Notes: generated by a model from the letters alone, not told the origin. DNA of 62,730 bases, filler included, from Stramenopiles sp. TOSAG23-2 (GCA_900128395.1; 7 parts of 7 records of this genome joined end to end with filler, not necessarily neighbours in it), one strand, 5' to 3'; positions 20,688-32,559 are shown, counted from the whole stretch's first letter. Translations and numbers: made by a program.

Positions 20688-23600
20688 TTACATCTTATCA
20701 TCATCAAACTCTACCATTTTTGGAAAGGCTTTCTTCGGTGTCCTATCATAATTGTCGCTTACAACTAGTGTACCATCCTCCTTCCAAGTTAATTTAGGAT
20801 CAAATCTGGTACGTGGAATTTCTCCTTTAAACCAGCGTTTTGCTTTCTTAAAATTAATTTGTTGATACGCGTTTTGAAACGGCATGTTATCACTTAACAA
20901 CACAGCATGCCGAACACTTTTACTTTTAGTGATTTTCAAAGAATTCAGATCGACTATCGGTGATATTACAGGTAAATGCGGTATTGATGATAAATTTGGC
21001 ATTGATTTTGATATTGTCAAACGCTGCTCCGTCAATCTTCGTTTTTGTTTACTTGACCTCTTCTTAGATTTACGCTTTCTTTCCTCTGCAAGCTGCTTGT
21101 CCAATTTTCGTTTTGCATCCATTCTTCGTTTCGCATATTTTGGTGCTTCCATCAACAAGGACGATTTTAGAAAACGTTTTTCTTTCCGTTTCAGAGCGTA
21201 ATCTGATGCAACTTTATTTTTATCAAAGAATAAAGCTTTTTGTATCATAGTCCGTGTAGCGCCTGCAGAGTCTAACAATTTAATTGCTTCCTCATCATCA
21301 ATGCGAAAGATTTTTGTATTATCTTCCGTAGTGATTGCATTATGCGATCTAAACTCTTCATATTCCAACCTTCGTTTTTCTGGCATCTGAAAGACCAACA
21401 TGCCAGTTTCTCCAAAATAGGAACCTTTTTTTAATCTCCGCAAATGAACTTTTTTCACCCTATCTTGAACATTTCTGAGCGTCTTGCTCCTATCTACAGT
21501 TGGAATCACGGTTGTGCTGCGTAGAATCACGTTGGTATTTAATGAAACTCCACCACCTAATATAAAAAAAACAGCATCATTAACATCTCCTTCATTGTAT
21601 ATTTTCATCCCTTTCTTCTTAACAGTTTGAAGAATGCCGTTTTCACACAAACGCTGCAATCTGCTTTTACTCCACTGTTTAAATAGGTCTGGGAAATCGC
21701 TTTTTAATTGCAATTCAATTTTGTGCAAATGACGCCGATGCTGCTCTCTCAATTTACTATCATATGAACTGCGCGATAGGAGCAGTACACCAGTATTATC
21801 TATAGCGGCTTTATAGGTAGCATAATTGGATCCACCGACGTCACTTAACCATCTATTTCCAACTAATGAGCCAATATTTAATATGCTTTCTGGATTTCTG
21901 TCATTATCAATTTTATTTATTAAATAGCGTACATTCAAAAATGAAGTGTATTTACTACCAATAGAGAACCATTCAACAAAAGAATTTTCGTCAATAACAC
22001 CCGTTCCATCTCTATCAATTTTACTAAAAACTTTATGCAATTCCAATGTATTTTTGACCGGGTAATCTATTTTTCTAAATGTGTAAATTAAATCCTGTAT
22101 GCTAATATAACCATTGGAAGAGTTATCTATACTTCGAAAAATGCTACTTGCTATTGTTGCTGTTCTTGCATTGATGGCAATTACAGGCGTTTGTATTCTA
22201 CCAGCAATTGCATTTTGATTATTGCTATTTAAATTATATTTACTTTGTAATAATCTTCCAGAAGATTTTACACGTAACAATGAAAATGCTCGTTTTATTA
22301 ACACTTTTGACAGTGGTTTATATTCACAAAACCATTTACAAAATGACATTATATCAACATGCTTTTCTTCGGTGTATATTGAATCTGGTTCAATTTGATT
22401 AGTTTTTTTATTTTTTCCTTTAATATTGATAAATTCATCTAAAAGATTCTTTATCTTTTGAGAATCAATATTAATATTTAAACGGTGGAAAGCCTTTTGA
22501 AGTGATTTTGCATCAACTAAGCCTTTTATCTTCGAATCAAAAAATGTAAATATTTCTTGTCCTAACCATATACGCTTTAGTTTGATATATTTGTACGCTA
22601 AATCAATTGCCTCTTCGCTTTCTACTAAATACCAAGCTTGGAAATCATCTAAATAATATCTATCTCCAAGTTGAGTTTCAATTATTTCTTTTAAGAAAAT
22701 TACGAATTTGTTGTTAACATCATTCGGGTCACCATCCATTATAACTTCAAGTTCAATCTGTAATAAATCATAAAGTTCCTTAACCTCAGATTCCATACTG
22801 TATCTTCTTTTTCCATCCAACATAGCTTTTGCTTTCTCTGGAAATTTCATACACCAATTTATAAATTTAGATTGGCTTACTTCTCGTTTGCAGTATGCAA
22901 AAAAATGTTCCCATGTCTCATTAGCATCTTCAAAATTTTCCTCCCCGTATATAAATAGAAAGCCATTTCGTGTAACATCGTATCTATCTGGAATAGTTTC
23001 CTTTTTTTTTCTTCTCCTTCCCTTCTTTATCTTGTTGTTAATATTACTTTTACCCTCAATCTTTATGCTTATTTCAGGAGGTTTTAGAAAATTTTCATAT
23101 ATTTCATTTAATTCGTCTAGAATTGCGTACAGTAATCTTTTAGCCTGCTTCGATTGTACAATAAACCATTTGTTGAAATTATCGGATGATATTATAGGTA
23201 TTGGGTTATCCGCTTCTTCCATGCTATCATCAAATTCATCTTCAAAATCATCATCAGCATATTCATCATCATCATCCTCATCCTCCTTCTCATTATCCCC
23301 TTCATCTTGTTTTTTTCCTTTCACATCCTTTATGCCTACTCCACCAAATAAAGAAACTCTACCCATTTTCTTTCTTTCCTTCTTTTTATTTTCTTCTTCT
23401 TGAAGCTTTAATTTCAACGCTTCTTCCTCTTCTTCTCTTCTTCTTTTTAATTCTTCCTCGCCTACATAATCAACATGTATTACATTAAAAATACTTTCAA
23501 TTTCGTCGTGACTCATCGCTACTTTATACCTGCGAAAAATATATTTGAAATCTGATAATGATAATACAGGATGATTTTGTTGTATATGCGATATTAAACT

Positions 23601-24425
23601 GAAGATTGTATTTGATATCAATTCAATATCTTTAAACAAACCTTCTATTACTAAATTTTTCTCTGCGGCGTTATTTATATCTAATATGTTTAATAATGGA
23701 TCACCGTTCATTACTACATTTTCTATCTCATTATATACAAGCTGGCTATCTTTCATAATTTCTTCAAAAACTTGATCTCGGGTACGTACACGAGCAGAGA
23801 CTTGCCCTTCAATAATTATACCACACATATCATTATTGCAAACTTCATCACCAAATTTGTATGATCTGTAACTTAAAGTATTTGCAAGTTCGAGTAAAAT
23901 ATCATCATCTAGTTTAGTTAAAAATGGGCATATGCGCACCATCCAGCGTTTAATTTGCGTCAATTGTTTTACAGTCTTTTCGTCCCTCAAGACGATGCTT
24001 TTCATTATTTTAAAATCTTCAGAATCGCTCATGCGATATCGTCGTATCAAAGTGTCGATTTTATTGCTTCTACCTTTTTTTGCCAATAACGCGTTTGTTG
24101 TCAATTCCTTTTTTCTATGTTGTTGTACGTCGCGTTTTCTTTTTTTATTACTTTTACTCTGTTTCATTGTACTTTCTTTGTCTTTTATGTTGTTTTCAAG
24201 AGAATTTATAGAAGGTGGTATTTCATTAGAGTCATTATCATCGTTCTTGATGTTATCTATTAGTGCTGGTGTTACAATAATACCACGTTGAAACAGTATA
24301 TCTTCTGAAGGTACTGTCATTTTCACAGGTGACGTATTTAATGACTGAACTCGTGTTGGTTTTAATTTGTCTAACTCCAATTGCTCTGCTCTTGCAAGCA
24401 TTTCTCGGGGTGATACTTGCCCCAT
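20688..24425 (-). CDS. Cyclic-nucleotide-binding domain protein with multiple EF-hands
   Basis: IYNEGDVNDAVFFILGGGV...LKKGSYFGE...RSHNAIT is a cNMP domain; EF loops DNSSNGYISIQDL and DRDGTGVIDENSF. Confidence 0.85.
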   Translation of the reverse strand: MGQVSPREMLARAEQLELDKLKPTRVQSLNTSPVKMTVPSEDILFQRGIIVTPALIDNIKNDDNDSNEIPPSINSLENNIKDKESTMKQSKSNKKRKRDVQQHRKKELTTNALLAKKGRSNKIDTLIRRYRMSDSEDFKIMKSIVLRDEKTVKQLTQIKRWMVRICPFLTKLDDDILLELANTLSYRSYKFGDEVCNNDMCGIIIEGQVSARVRTRDQVFEEIMKDSQLVYNEIENVVMNGDPLLNILDINNAAEKNLVIEGLFKDIELISNTIFSLISHIQQNHPVLSLSDFKYIFRRYKVAMSHDEIESIFNVIHVDYVGEEELKRRREEEEEALKLKLQEEENKKKERKKMGRVSLFGGVGIKDVKGKKQDEGDNEKEDEDDDDEYADDDFEDEFDDSMEEADNPIPIISSDNFNKWFIVQSKQAKRLLYAILDELNEIYENFLKPPEISIKIEGKSNINNKIKKGRRRKKKETIPDRYDVTRNGFLFIYGEENFEDANETWEHFFAYCKREVSQSKFINWCMKFPEKAKAMLDGKRRYSMESEVKELYDLLQIELEVIMDGDPNDVNNKFVIFLKEIIETQLGDRYYLDDFQAWYLVESEEAIDLAYKYIKLKRIWLGQEIFTFFDSKIKGLVDAKSLQKAFHRLNINIDSQKIKNLLDEFINIKGKNKKTNQIEPDSIYTEEKHVDIMSFCKWFCEYKPLSKVLIKRAFSLLRVKSSGRLLQSKYNLNSNNQNAIAGRIQTPVIAINARTATIASSIFRSIDNSSNGYISIQDLIYTFRKIDYPVKNTLELHKVFSKIDRDGTGVIDENSFVEWFSIGSKYTSFLNVRYLINKIDNDRNPESILNIGSLVGNRWLSDVGGSNYATYKAAIDNTGVLLLSRSSYDSKLREQHRRHLHKIELQLKSDFPDLFKQWSKSRLQRLCENGILQTVKKKGMKIYNEGDVNDAVFFILGGGVSLNTNVILRSTTVIPTVDRSKTLRNVQDRVKKVHLRRLKKGSYFGETGMLVFQMPEKRRLEYEEFRSHNAITTEDNTKIFRIDDEEAIKLLDSAGATRTMIQKALFFDKNKVASDYALKRKEKRFLKSSLLMEAPKYAKRRMDAKRKLDKQLAEERKRKSKKRSSKQKRRLTEQRLTISKSMPNLSSIPHLPVISPIVDLNSLKITKSKSVRHAVLLSDNMPFQNAYQQINFKKAKRWFKGEIPRTRFDPKLTWKEDGTLVVSDNYDRTPKKAFPKMVEFDDDKM

Positions 24426-24856
24426 GTTGTATGCAGTTATGTCTATTCACTATTTGTATTTTACAGGCTTGGTGTGTTCTGGGTTTTGTGGGAGATCAGA
24501 AAAGCTGACAGGGTGTTATTTAAAATTTGCAAGCGTTAAAGTAGCAAGTTATATCTATAACTGTTCGTAACAATATATTTGTACTGTGAATATCAATTAT
24601 TAGTATAATAATAAACTCTGGTGTCAACTCTTACACTTTTTTAATTTTATTTTTTACCAAGCGCAAGCCAGGCAAGAGGATTTTTTTTAGCATTTTTGCA
24701 ACAACCGATCTTTTTTAAAAGAAAAGTGCAAAAACATACGATTTCTTACCAAGTACAAAAAACACCTAATTTTGCCTATCAAATATATCAAACACTACAA
24801 ATCTACTTAGTATATGAAAAGGACGACATTAAGTATGAATATGATAGGAAATGAAA

Positions 24857-26991
24857 AACAGAAAACATGGCAGAAAAACACAATTTTCAAGTGTAAAATG
24901 TTGAAAGGCGTGTGTCCATGCTAATTTATACGTGCTATTTCCATATATCAAAAAAACTTCATAGGAAAAATTATCATTACTATAGAAAATAACAAAAAAT
25001 AACAGAAAACATGGCAGAAAAACACAATTTTCAAGTGTAAAATGTTGAAAGGCGCCTGTCCATGCTAATTTCTTAATGCTATTTCCATATTTAAAAAAAA
25101 CTTCATAGGGACAATTATCATTACTATAGAAAACAACAAAAAATCTCCATACTATAGTTTTAAGTACTCTAACAAAAAATATGTAAATTAGACTACCAAA
25201 TTTATACTACATTTCTATAACACCTCAAACACAAATATTTTTGCCAATTTTATTTTCAAATTGAGAAGTTCCGCCAAAGTGGGTACAAAAATTGAGAAAT
25301 TTCATCAAATATATCAAAATTGCATTAAATTATCATTACTATAGAAAACAACAAAAAATCTCCATACTATAGTTTTAAGTACTCTAACAAAAATATGTAA
25401 ATTAGACTACGAAACTTATACTACACTTCTATAACACCTCAAACACGAATATTTTTGCCAATTTTATTTTCATTTTTAAAAGTTCCGCCAAAGTGGGTAC
25501 AAAAATTGAGAAATTTCATCAAATATATCAAAATTGCATTACGTCTCCCAATATCATTTCCAACATTTTAAAGTCATATAAAGTTTCAGATCCTCTCTTT
25601 ATATATATAAATTGTATCTCTAAACTCCAACCAAAATAAATATGACATTTACATGAAACGCTAGACCCAAAGTGAATTTTTACTTAAAAATGCACATTTT
25701 TTGACACTTTTATTAAGGTTTTACAAGCCTATTCGATAGTAAGGGTACTTTGACATGCAATTAAAACGTCGTTAGTAAAGTATGTTCCTGACACTCAGTT
25801 GTCATCAACTTACTCTTAGGTTTGGCTCTATACATGTAGAAATGAGAATCGAACCTAGTTTTGTATTGATATTTTAATTGACTCGAGATATATTGTATCC
25901 ACTATACCCCATTTTGCAATGCATTTGAACATGCTTGAAAAAGGCCTAGAATTCCAGATCGATTTTCGTTCACATACATTTTAACGAGAGCTAGAAATCT
26001 TCATTTTGAACATGCAACATAAAAAAATTTGATAAAATATCGTATATTCTATATCGTAGGTGATATATTTAACTTTTCTCCGAGAGTTTATGTGTATAAT
26101 TATGTTTTTAAAGAAAAGTGCTGAAAAAAAAATTTTAATCGCACGTTAGCATGGAGGTAGTATTAGAGCACTTTTCCATCGAAATGGTGAAAATCATGAA
26201 AGGTTGAAAACTTTCATTGAAGTTATTATTATCAGACTTTGAAACGTTGCAAATCCGTTATTTATTACATGTGCAATGTCTATAGGTCGTGGTCTTGGCA
26301 GTTTAACTGTAAAACCATGCTTACTAAAAATATCGTGCATTTTGATCATTTACGTTAGGGTTAATTAACTTTTCTCCGAGAGTTTATGTGTATAATTATG
26401 TTTTTAAAGAAAAGTGCTGAAAAAAAAATTTTAATCGCACGTTAGCATGGAGTTAGTATTAGAGCACTTTTCCATCGAAATGGTGAAAATCATGAAAGGT
26501 TGAAAACTTTCATTGAAGTTATTCAAATTAGACTTTGAAACGTTGCATATCCGTTACCTATTACGTATACAATGTCTGTAGGTCGTGGTCTTGGGAGTTT
26601 ACACTTAGAACCTTGTTTACTAAAAATATCGTGCATTTTGATCATTTACGTTAGGGTTAGAGATGCTAGCATTACTCAGCATTGCGGGGTCATACCCGTA
26701 CATGACGGGACCTCTCACTCTATTTTTCAGCACCAACATACACTCACACAAATGCCATTTCTACACTTTCCCATTATATACAAAGCTGAAACCAATACCT
26801 AAAAGTCGTATACTGATCACCTAAACAATCCCCGACCGTTCTCCTGTCCATACATCACGTATAAGTCGAGCTTTACACCGATATGTGATTTTCAAGATCG
26901 GGTTAGTTTAGGGTTAGAGACCAACGTATAGGCCGAGATTTACACCGATATGTGATTTTCAAGATCGGGTTAGTTTAGGGTTAGAGACCAA
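24857..26991. repeat. Complex non-coding repeat region: diverged tandem pairs (~143, ~214, ~295 and 67 bp) with TTAGGG-like motifs; possibly subtelomeric
   Basis: Pairs at 24857/25001, 25114/25328, 26069/26365 and 26868/26935; GTTAGGGTTA(G) at ~26355 and 26650; GGGTTAGTTTAGGGTTAG at ~26900 and 26967; no credible ORF. Confidence 0.75.
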
Positions 26992-27155
26992 AAAATCACC
27001 AAAATATTGAAAAATTATCACAAATATCATCAAAATACAATGTGTCGAATTTTTCTATCTAAATCTTCTACAAATTAATTCGAAATAAGACACATCTCTC
27101 AAAACATGTCTAAAGGAAAGAAGTACATGAATATTTTGATCTAAATATGTTTTAA

Positions 27156-27255
27156 NNNNNNNNNNNNNNNNNNNNNNNNNNNNNNNNNNNNNNNNNNNNT
27201 TAATTAATTAANNNNNNNNNNNNNNNNNNNNNNNNNNNNNNNNNNNNNNNNNNNN
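27156..27255. other. Artificial contig linker (44N-TTAATTAATTAA-44N)
   Basis: Six-frame stop linker; identical 100-bp structure at six sites. Confidence 0.98.
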
Positions 27256-27541
27256 TATTAACACAGCATGGATTATAATTCCCAATGCTATTCCATTCTA
27301 AATCAATAATCATTTTTTATTAGCAGCACATGTTTTTACCAGGTATTTTTTTTTTTATTAAAATGATGATGCACAAAAAAAGAAGATCCACAATCCACAA
27401 CACAATCAAAAAATATTATATTATTTATCTCTTGAATTAGTCGGAACACACACGACGCTCAGGAGAGATCTTGAATGAGAACTAAAAACAAATAACATCG
27501 AAAACAAAGCAACAAAAAACCAAATCATCCATTCATTGAAC

Positions 27542-30500
27542 ATGCGTAATTACAACAACAACAACAACAGGCGTCGTAATTACAACAACAACAACAACAA
27601 CAACAACAACAGGCGGCGTAATAAGAAACCATATTTTCCAGCATTTATTTCCTATGACGAAATGGAGCATGGAATAGAAAAAGGAATGTTGTTTCAAGGC
27701 CCTTTGCGAATCAATGGTAAAAATAGGCAACAAGCATTTGTAACCGTTGAAGGTCTTGATATTGATGTATATCTTGATGGAGAAAAATCGAGAAATCGAT
27801 CTTTAAATTCTGATTTAGTTGTTTTATCTTTTAATAAAGATAAATCTACATGGAAAGAAGTAAACACATTTAATGATAGTGATAAAACGAGCAGTAAAAG
27901 TAACAATAACCAAAATAAAATCAATAGCGAATCAGAGCAAAAAGCATTGTGGTGTCCACGTGTTTCCGCTGATGCATCGCAAGCATTTGCACCATATGAA
28001 AAACGTAATGGGTTGGAATTAACTACTTTAGCAAAAGAAAAAGTAGCAGAGATTAATTTATATTGTAAGGAAAAAAATGTACAACCATCTGCAGTAGTAG
28101 TTTATATTAAAAAGCGATGCCATTTACCTGGTCATATTGGTGTATTGGAACCAATAACCAAGGTAGATAATGGCCAACCATTGGCAAGTAAAGATAATTT
28201 TGTTAGATTTAAACCTATGGATGTACGGTTTCCATTTATGATGGTACCAAGGTCACAAATAAATAAAGAATTTCAAAATAATCCACATCAATTTTCCACA
28301 AATCTTTACAAAGTAAATGTAGAAGCAGAGAAATGGAAAGCGGAAAGTCGATTCCCATTAGGTTCATATGTGTGTACAGTTGGTGAAGCTGGTGATATTG
28401 AAACGGAAACTAGGGTTTTATTGGAAGAATTTGGTTTTGCAAGAAGAGGTTTAAATGGTGACTTTAGTGAGGATGTACATAGTTGCTTGCGTTCATATCG
28501 TTTATTTAAAGAAGGTGATGAAGTGAAACATAAAGATGAATATTATGATACTGGATCATCAAAATCAGAATGGAAAATACCAGAGGAAGAATTTCAAAAA
28601 AGACGTGATTTAAGAAAAGAACGTATATTCACCATCGATCCAAGCACAGCGAAGGATTTAGATGATGCATTGCACGTAACTGATATAGGAAATGGGAGGT
28701 ATGAAATCGGTGTTCATATTGCAGATGTTAGTTACTTTGTACGACCAGATAATGCATTGGATAAAGAAGCATCAATACGCGCGACGACGGTGTATCTTGT
28801 TCAAAAATCGTTGCCTATGCTTCCTCGATTGCTTAGTGAAAATTTATGTTCGTTGAATCCAAATGCAGATCGTTTAGCATATTCATGTATATGGACGATG
28901 AATGATAAAGGGGAAATGGTTGATAAGGAGCCATGGTATGGCCGTACTATCATTCGCACATGTTGTCGATTGGATTATGCAAATGCGCAAGATATGATTG
29001 ATGATAAAATAAAACCAGCAGATGCATTTGTGAAAGATGATGGTGTGAACAAAGTGAAATGGCCGGTCAATCGACGTCCGCAAGATGGACACAAACCTGA
29101 AGATGTGATAAATGATGTGAAAATCATGCATAAAATTGCAATGGGTAGGAGGCGAAGACGTTTTGCCAGCGGTTCTTTAGCATTGAATCAAGCTAAATTA
29201 TGTTTTAAGCGTGATAAAGATGGACGTCCAATAGGTGTATTTACATATCCAATTAAAGATTCAAATAGATTGGTTGAAGAATATATGCTGTTAGCAAATT
29301 ATTTAGTAGCGGAGAAATTGATTTTAGGATCAGGTGGTTTAGCACCAATACGAAGACATCCAGCACCTCTTAAAAAGAAGTTATATGAATTTACTAATAA
29401 AGTCATGCAACGTGGATACCATTTAAATGCTGCGACTGCTGGTGATTTACAAAAATCATTAAATGAAGTACAAAAATTTAATTCAGACCCCATGACTGTT
29501 ACTGCATTAATAAAAATGGCTACGAATCCAATGAAACCTGCTGTATACTTTGCTGCTGGTACGCTTGCAAAGCAAGAAACGTGGAGACATTATGCATTAA
29601 ATATACCATATTACACACACTTCACATCTCCAATTCGTCGTTATGCAGACGTCATGGTACATCGTGTTTTAACTGCAGTATTGGAAGATAATGTTGATGA
29701 ATTAGGTCTTTCCGTGTTTGATATTGAAGATGTTTTAGAACATTGCAATGAAAAGAAAGCAAAATCTAAAGAAGCACAAGATAGATGCGATCAAACTTTT
29801 TTTTGTTTATATATACAAGGACGAGATATAATAGCAGAAGCATGTGTTGTTGATTGGGGGGATAAGTCGTTTGAATTGTTTATACCTGAATATGGTGTAA
29901 GTAAACGTGTTCATGTTGATGATTTAAAATGTAAAATGAAAACGAAAGAAGACTCGTTTGTATTATCACCAAAGGATGATGAAGATAGTGGAAAGAAACA
30001 TACGAATAATAACAACAACAACAACAACAATAATAAAAAATCGGCGAATGATGATAATAATAATAATTCTGCTCCTCCATCGGCACCTACTACGGTAGCA
30101 ACAAAAACTAAACCACTAGTACCAGATTCAAAGTTAAAAAAATTAGATAGAAATGAAAAAAATGCTGAAGTAGATCAATTGGATGATGAAATGAGAAAAT
30201 TAACAGTTTCACAAGCAAATAGTAATTGGGGCAAAAGTGATAATGATATTGCTGCGTTGCCAAAATTCAAACCTGGTAGTGATATTCCTGTATTTACATT
30301 GCCGAATGAATTGACAGGTATCATGGAAGAAGTGCCTGCTGAAATTTTAGGACGTGCAGTTAAATTTGGTGTCAATGTCATTTATGTACGTGATTTAAAT
30401 GGGAAAAAAGTTGAAATGATGATACCAAGCATGAATACTTTTGTTGAAGCTCCAAATACAACTAAAAAACAAAACAATAATAAGTTTAATAAAGGTAATG

Positions 30501-30772
30501 GTAAGGGTAAATATTCAAAAAAGAAAAGTAATAATGTGAAAGGTAGTGCGAAGAGAAACAATTCTAATTATGGCGATGAAAGTAAAAAAGGTGGTGGTAA
30601 TCAACGCAATGGAAAAATGGGAGATGGTGTATTAACGGAACCAACAACAATAAAAATGTTAAAACGTATGAAAGTACGCCTATACATGATTAAAAGAGTA
30701 CCAGTTGATTTTGGTGTTGAAATATTAGATATTTATGATTGGGATCCAATCGGATATGGTGGTGAGAAGTAA
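27542..30772 (+). CDS. DIS3L2: DIS3-like exonuclease 2 (RNB family 3'-5' exoribonuclease, no PIN domain)
   Basis: GPLRINGKNRQQAFV (cold-shock domain), IFTIDPSTAKDLDDALH, GVHIADVSYFV, LVEEYMLLAN, YTHFTSPIRRYADVMVHR. Confidence 0.93.
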   Translation: MRNYNNNNNRRRNYNNNNNNNNNRRRNKKPYFPAFISYDEMEHGIEKGMLFQGPLRINGKNRQQAFVTVEGLDIDVYLDGEKSRNRSLNSDLVVLSFNKDKSTWKEVNTFNDSDKTSSKSNNNQNKINSESEQKALWCPRVSADASQAFAPYEKRNGLELTTLAKEKVAEINLYCKEKNVQPSAVVVYIKKRCHLPGHIGVLEPITKVDNGQPLASKDNFVRFKPMDVRFPFMMVPRSQINKEFQNNPHQFSTNLYKVNVEAEKWKAESRFPLGSYVCTVGEAGDIETETRVLLEEFGFARRGLNGDFSEDVHSCLRSYRLFKEGDEVKHKDEYYDTGSSKSEWKIPEEEFQKRRDLRKERIFTIDPSTAKDLDDALHVTDIGNGRYEIGVHIADVSYFVRPDNALDKEASIRATTVYLVQKSLPMLPRLLSENLCSLNPNADRLAYSCIWTMNDKGEMVDKEPWYGRTIIRTCCRLDYANAQDMIDDKIKPADAFVKDDGVNKVKWPVNRRPQDGHKPEDVINDVKIMHKIAMGRRRRRFASGSLALNQAKLCFKRDKDGRPIGVFTYPIKDSNRLVEEYMLLANYLVAEKLILGSGGLAPIRRHPAPLKKKLYEFTNKVMQRGYHLNAATAGDLQKSLNEVQKFNSDPMTVTALIKMATNPMKPAVYFAAGTLAKQETWRHYALNIPYYTHFTSPIRRYADVMVHRVLTAVLEDNVDELGLSVFDIEDVLEHCNEKKAKSKEAQDRCDQTFFCLYIQGRDIIAEACVVDWGDKSFELFIPEYGVSKRVHVDDLKCKMKTKEDSFVLSPKDDEDSGKKHTNNNNNNNNNNKKSANDDNNNNSAPPSAPTTVATKTKPLVPDSKLKKLDRNEKNAEVDQLDDEMRKLTVSQANSNWGKSDNDIAALPKFKPGSDIPVFTLPNELTGIMEEVPAEILGRAVKFGVNVIYVRDLNGKKVEMMIPSMNTFVEAPNTTKKQNNNKFNKGNGKGKYSKKKSNNVKGSAKRNNSNYGDESKKGGGNQRNGKMGDGVLTEPTTIKMLKRMKVRLYMIKRVPVDFGVEILDIYDWDPIGYGGEK

Positions 30773-30898
30773 GAAGTGAGAAGGAGGGGGTGGGGGGGGG
30801 GATTATTCGATTAAATATGATAATATTGATATTTTAAAATACTAGTCTATATATAAGTAACATACTTATATATCATATTATATGATATATATTTATTT

Positions 30899-31441
30899 TT
30901 ACGACATTGGCACTACTTGTGCATTGCTTGTGGGCTGTTGAACAAATATCACAGTAGGGTCGTTAGGATCAACAAATGCACCATTTGCAATTCCATTATT
31001 TGTGACTTCTTGTGCAAATCTTCTACTATCTTGTCTACCACGTTCCATTGACATGAAAAATATAGGTAAAAAGGTTCCACAACCACCGTTGTTAAAATTA
31101 AATTTAAACTTGAAATCAGAGGTTGAACCAACGACAACAGGAGAGCATTTACCACTTAAATTATTAGCACCAAATATAGGCTGATTAAATTTTTCTTCTG
31201 TAATGTTTGTTATAGGTAACCGGAAAGAGACGAACTGGAGACCACGTTGCGTTGTAATTTTCTTAGCAACAAAAAATATTGAATGAGAAGTAAGAAATAA
31301 AGTGCCATTTCCACTAAATTTACCAGTTTCCTTTGCTTCTACTGAGAAGCTAATTCCAGCACGTGACAATAAGAACACTTCGTTTGCATCCTCCGGTGTG
31401 ACTGGGATGCCATTTGACGCGACAGTTGGGTTAAATGCCAT
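30899..31441 (-). CDS. WBP2: WBP2-like GRAM/PH-domain protein
   Basis: GTLFLTS, KFNQPIFGANNLSG, FNNGGCGTF, AFVDPNDPTVIF. Confidence 0.8.
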   Translation of the reverse strand: MAFNPTVASNGIPVTPEDANEVFLLSRAGISFSVEAKETGKFSGNGTLFLTSHSIFFVAKKITTQRGLQFVSFRLPITNITEEKFNQPIFGANNLSGKCSPVVVGSTSDFKFKFNFNNGGCGTFLPIFFMSMERGRQDSRRFAQEVTNNGIANGAFVDPNDPTVIFVQQPTSNAQVVPMS

Positions 31442-31492
31442 TGCGTTGATGTTTTACTTCTTCTTCTTTCGTAATCTCAATTTTCATATGTG

Positions 31493-31524
<32 letters not shown>

Positions 31525-32359
31525 AATAAAATAAATGTTAAATGTTGTGCATGCAACTAACAACTAAAAACTAAAAAAAATATTATTGGAAAGAGAAAAT
31601 TAAATTTCCTAAAAAAAACCGACTCTTTTTAAGGAAATTGACTCGGTAGTTTTCCATTAATTAAGCCAAATATTTTAGTACCTGTACTATTTGAACAGCC
31701 ATGGTAATTTACTTTATTTTATGATAAATAAATATTAAGTATATTAATTTAAATATTATAATAAATATGTTTTTTGTTTTTATAAATATTTATTATATAT
31801 ATCATATGTATGTATAATATACGTAACAAATGTGATTCCGATGTATTAATTAATATATGATATGAACATACTATTGTGTCATTTTAGTCATTAGAAAAAC
31901 AGATTAAAAGTTTTATAAACATTTTAAACTACAAGTAATAATAGTTCATAATGTAAGAAAGTTTTATCCTATATAAAAACTTCTATCCACAAATTCTTAT
32001 TTCTAATCTTTTTTTCGTTGTTGGTGGTTTTTACATGAAACTACGCACCTACATGACACTATTTTAACATTATGGCGACAAATGCCAACCACACATTAGT
32101 GCATTAGACATCTGCAACATCTCAGGGATCCCATTTATGCAATTAAAGATTACGCGTCAATAGATTTTTCCTACCTCATATTTTACTTTTAAATTTAACG
32201 GTATTGCCGTACTAGTATCATACTTAAAAAAATTTATAAAATAAAATCTTTAATTTATAAATACCTTGTCAGTACATAAGACGGAAATAAGTGCCTCGAA
32301 AAAGTGGGCAGTGGTTGGGATAGGAGTAGGGTTTAATTTAAGTACTACATTAGTGTACT

Positions 32360-32545
32360 AATATATGCATATTTGATAGTGAGTTACTGGTATTGCAAAA
32401 ATCGGATATTCTTAGTAAATTCATCAAAAGAAGTATTGGCTATTTTTGGATTTTTTGCATTACCAGTACAAAATATTTCTCTATTAAAAAACACCAAACT
32501 GGCAAACAAACTACAGTAAAATCCATTAAAAACTACTACTACTAA
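32360..32545 (+). pseudogene. Possible decayed T5orf172/GIY-YIG-like nuclease remnant
   Basis: Across frameshifts and stops it reads YAYLIVS / TGIAKIGYS / ALPVQNISLLKNTKLANKL / KIH*KL, resembling YxYxI...KIGxS...P...ExxIHxxL. Confidence 0.3.
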
Positions 32546-32559
32546 AAACTTTCTTACAA

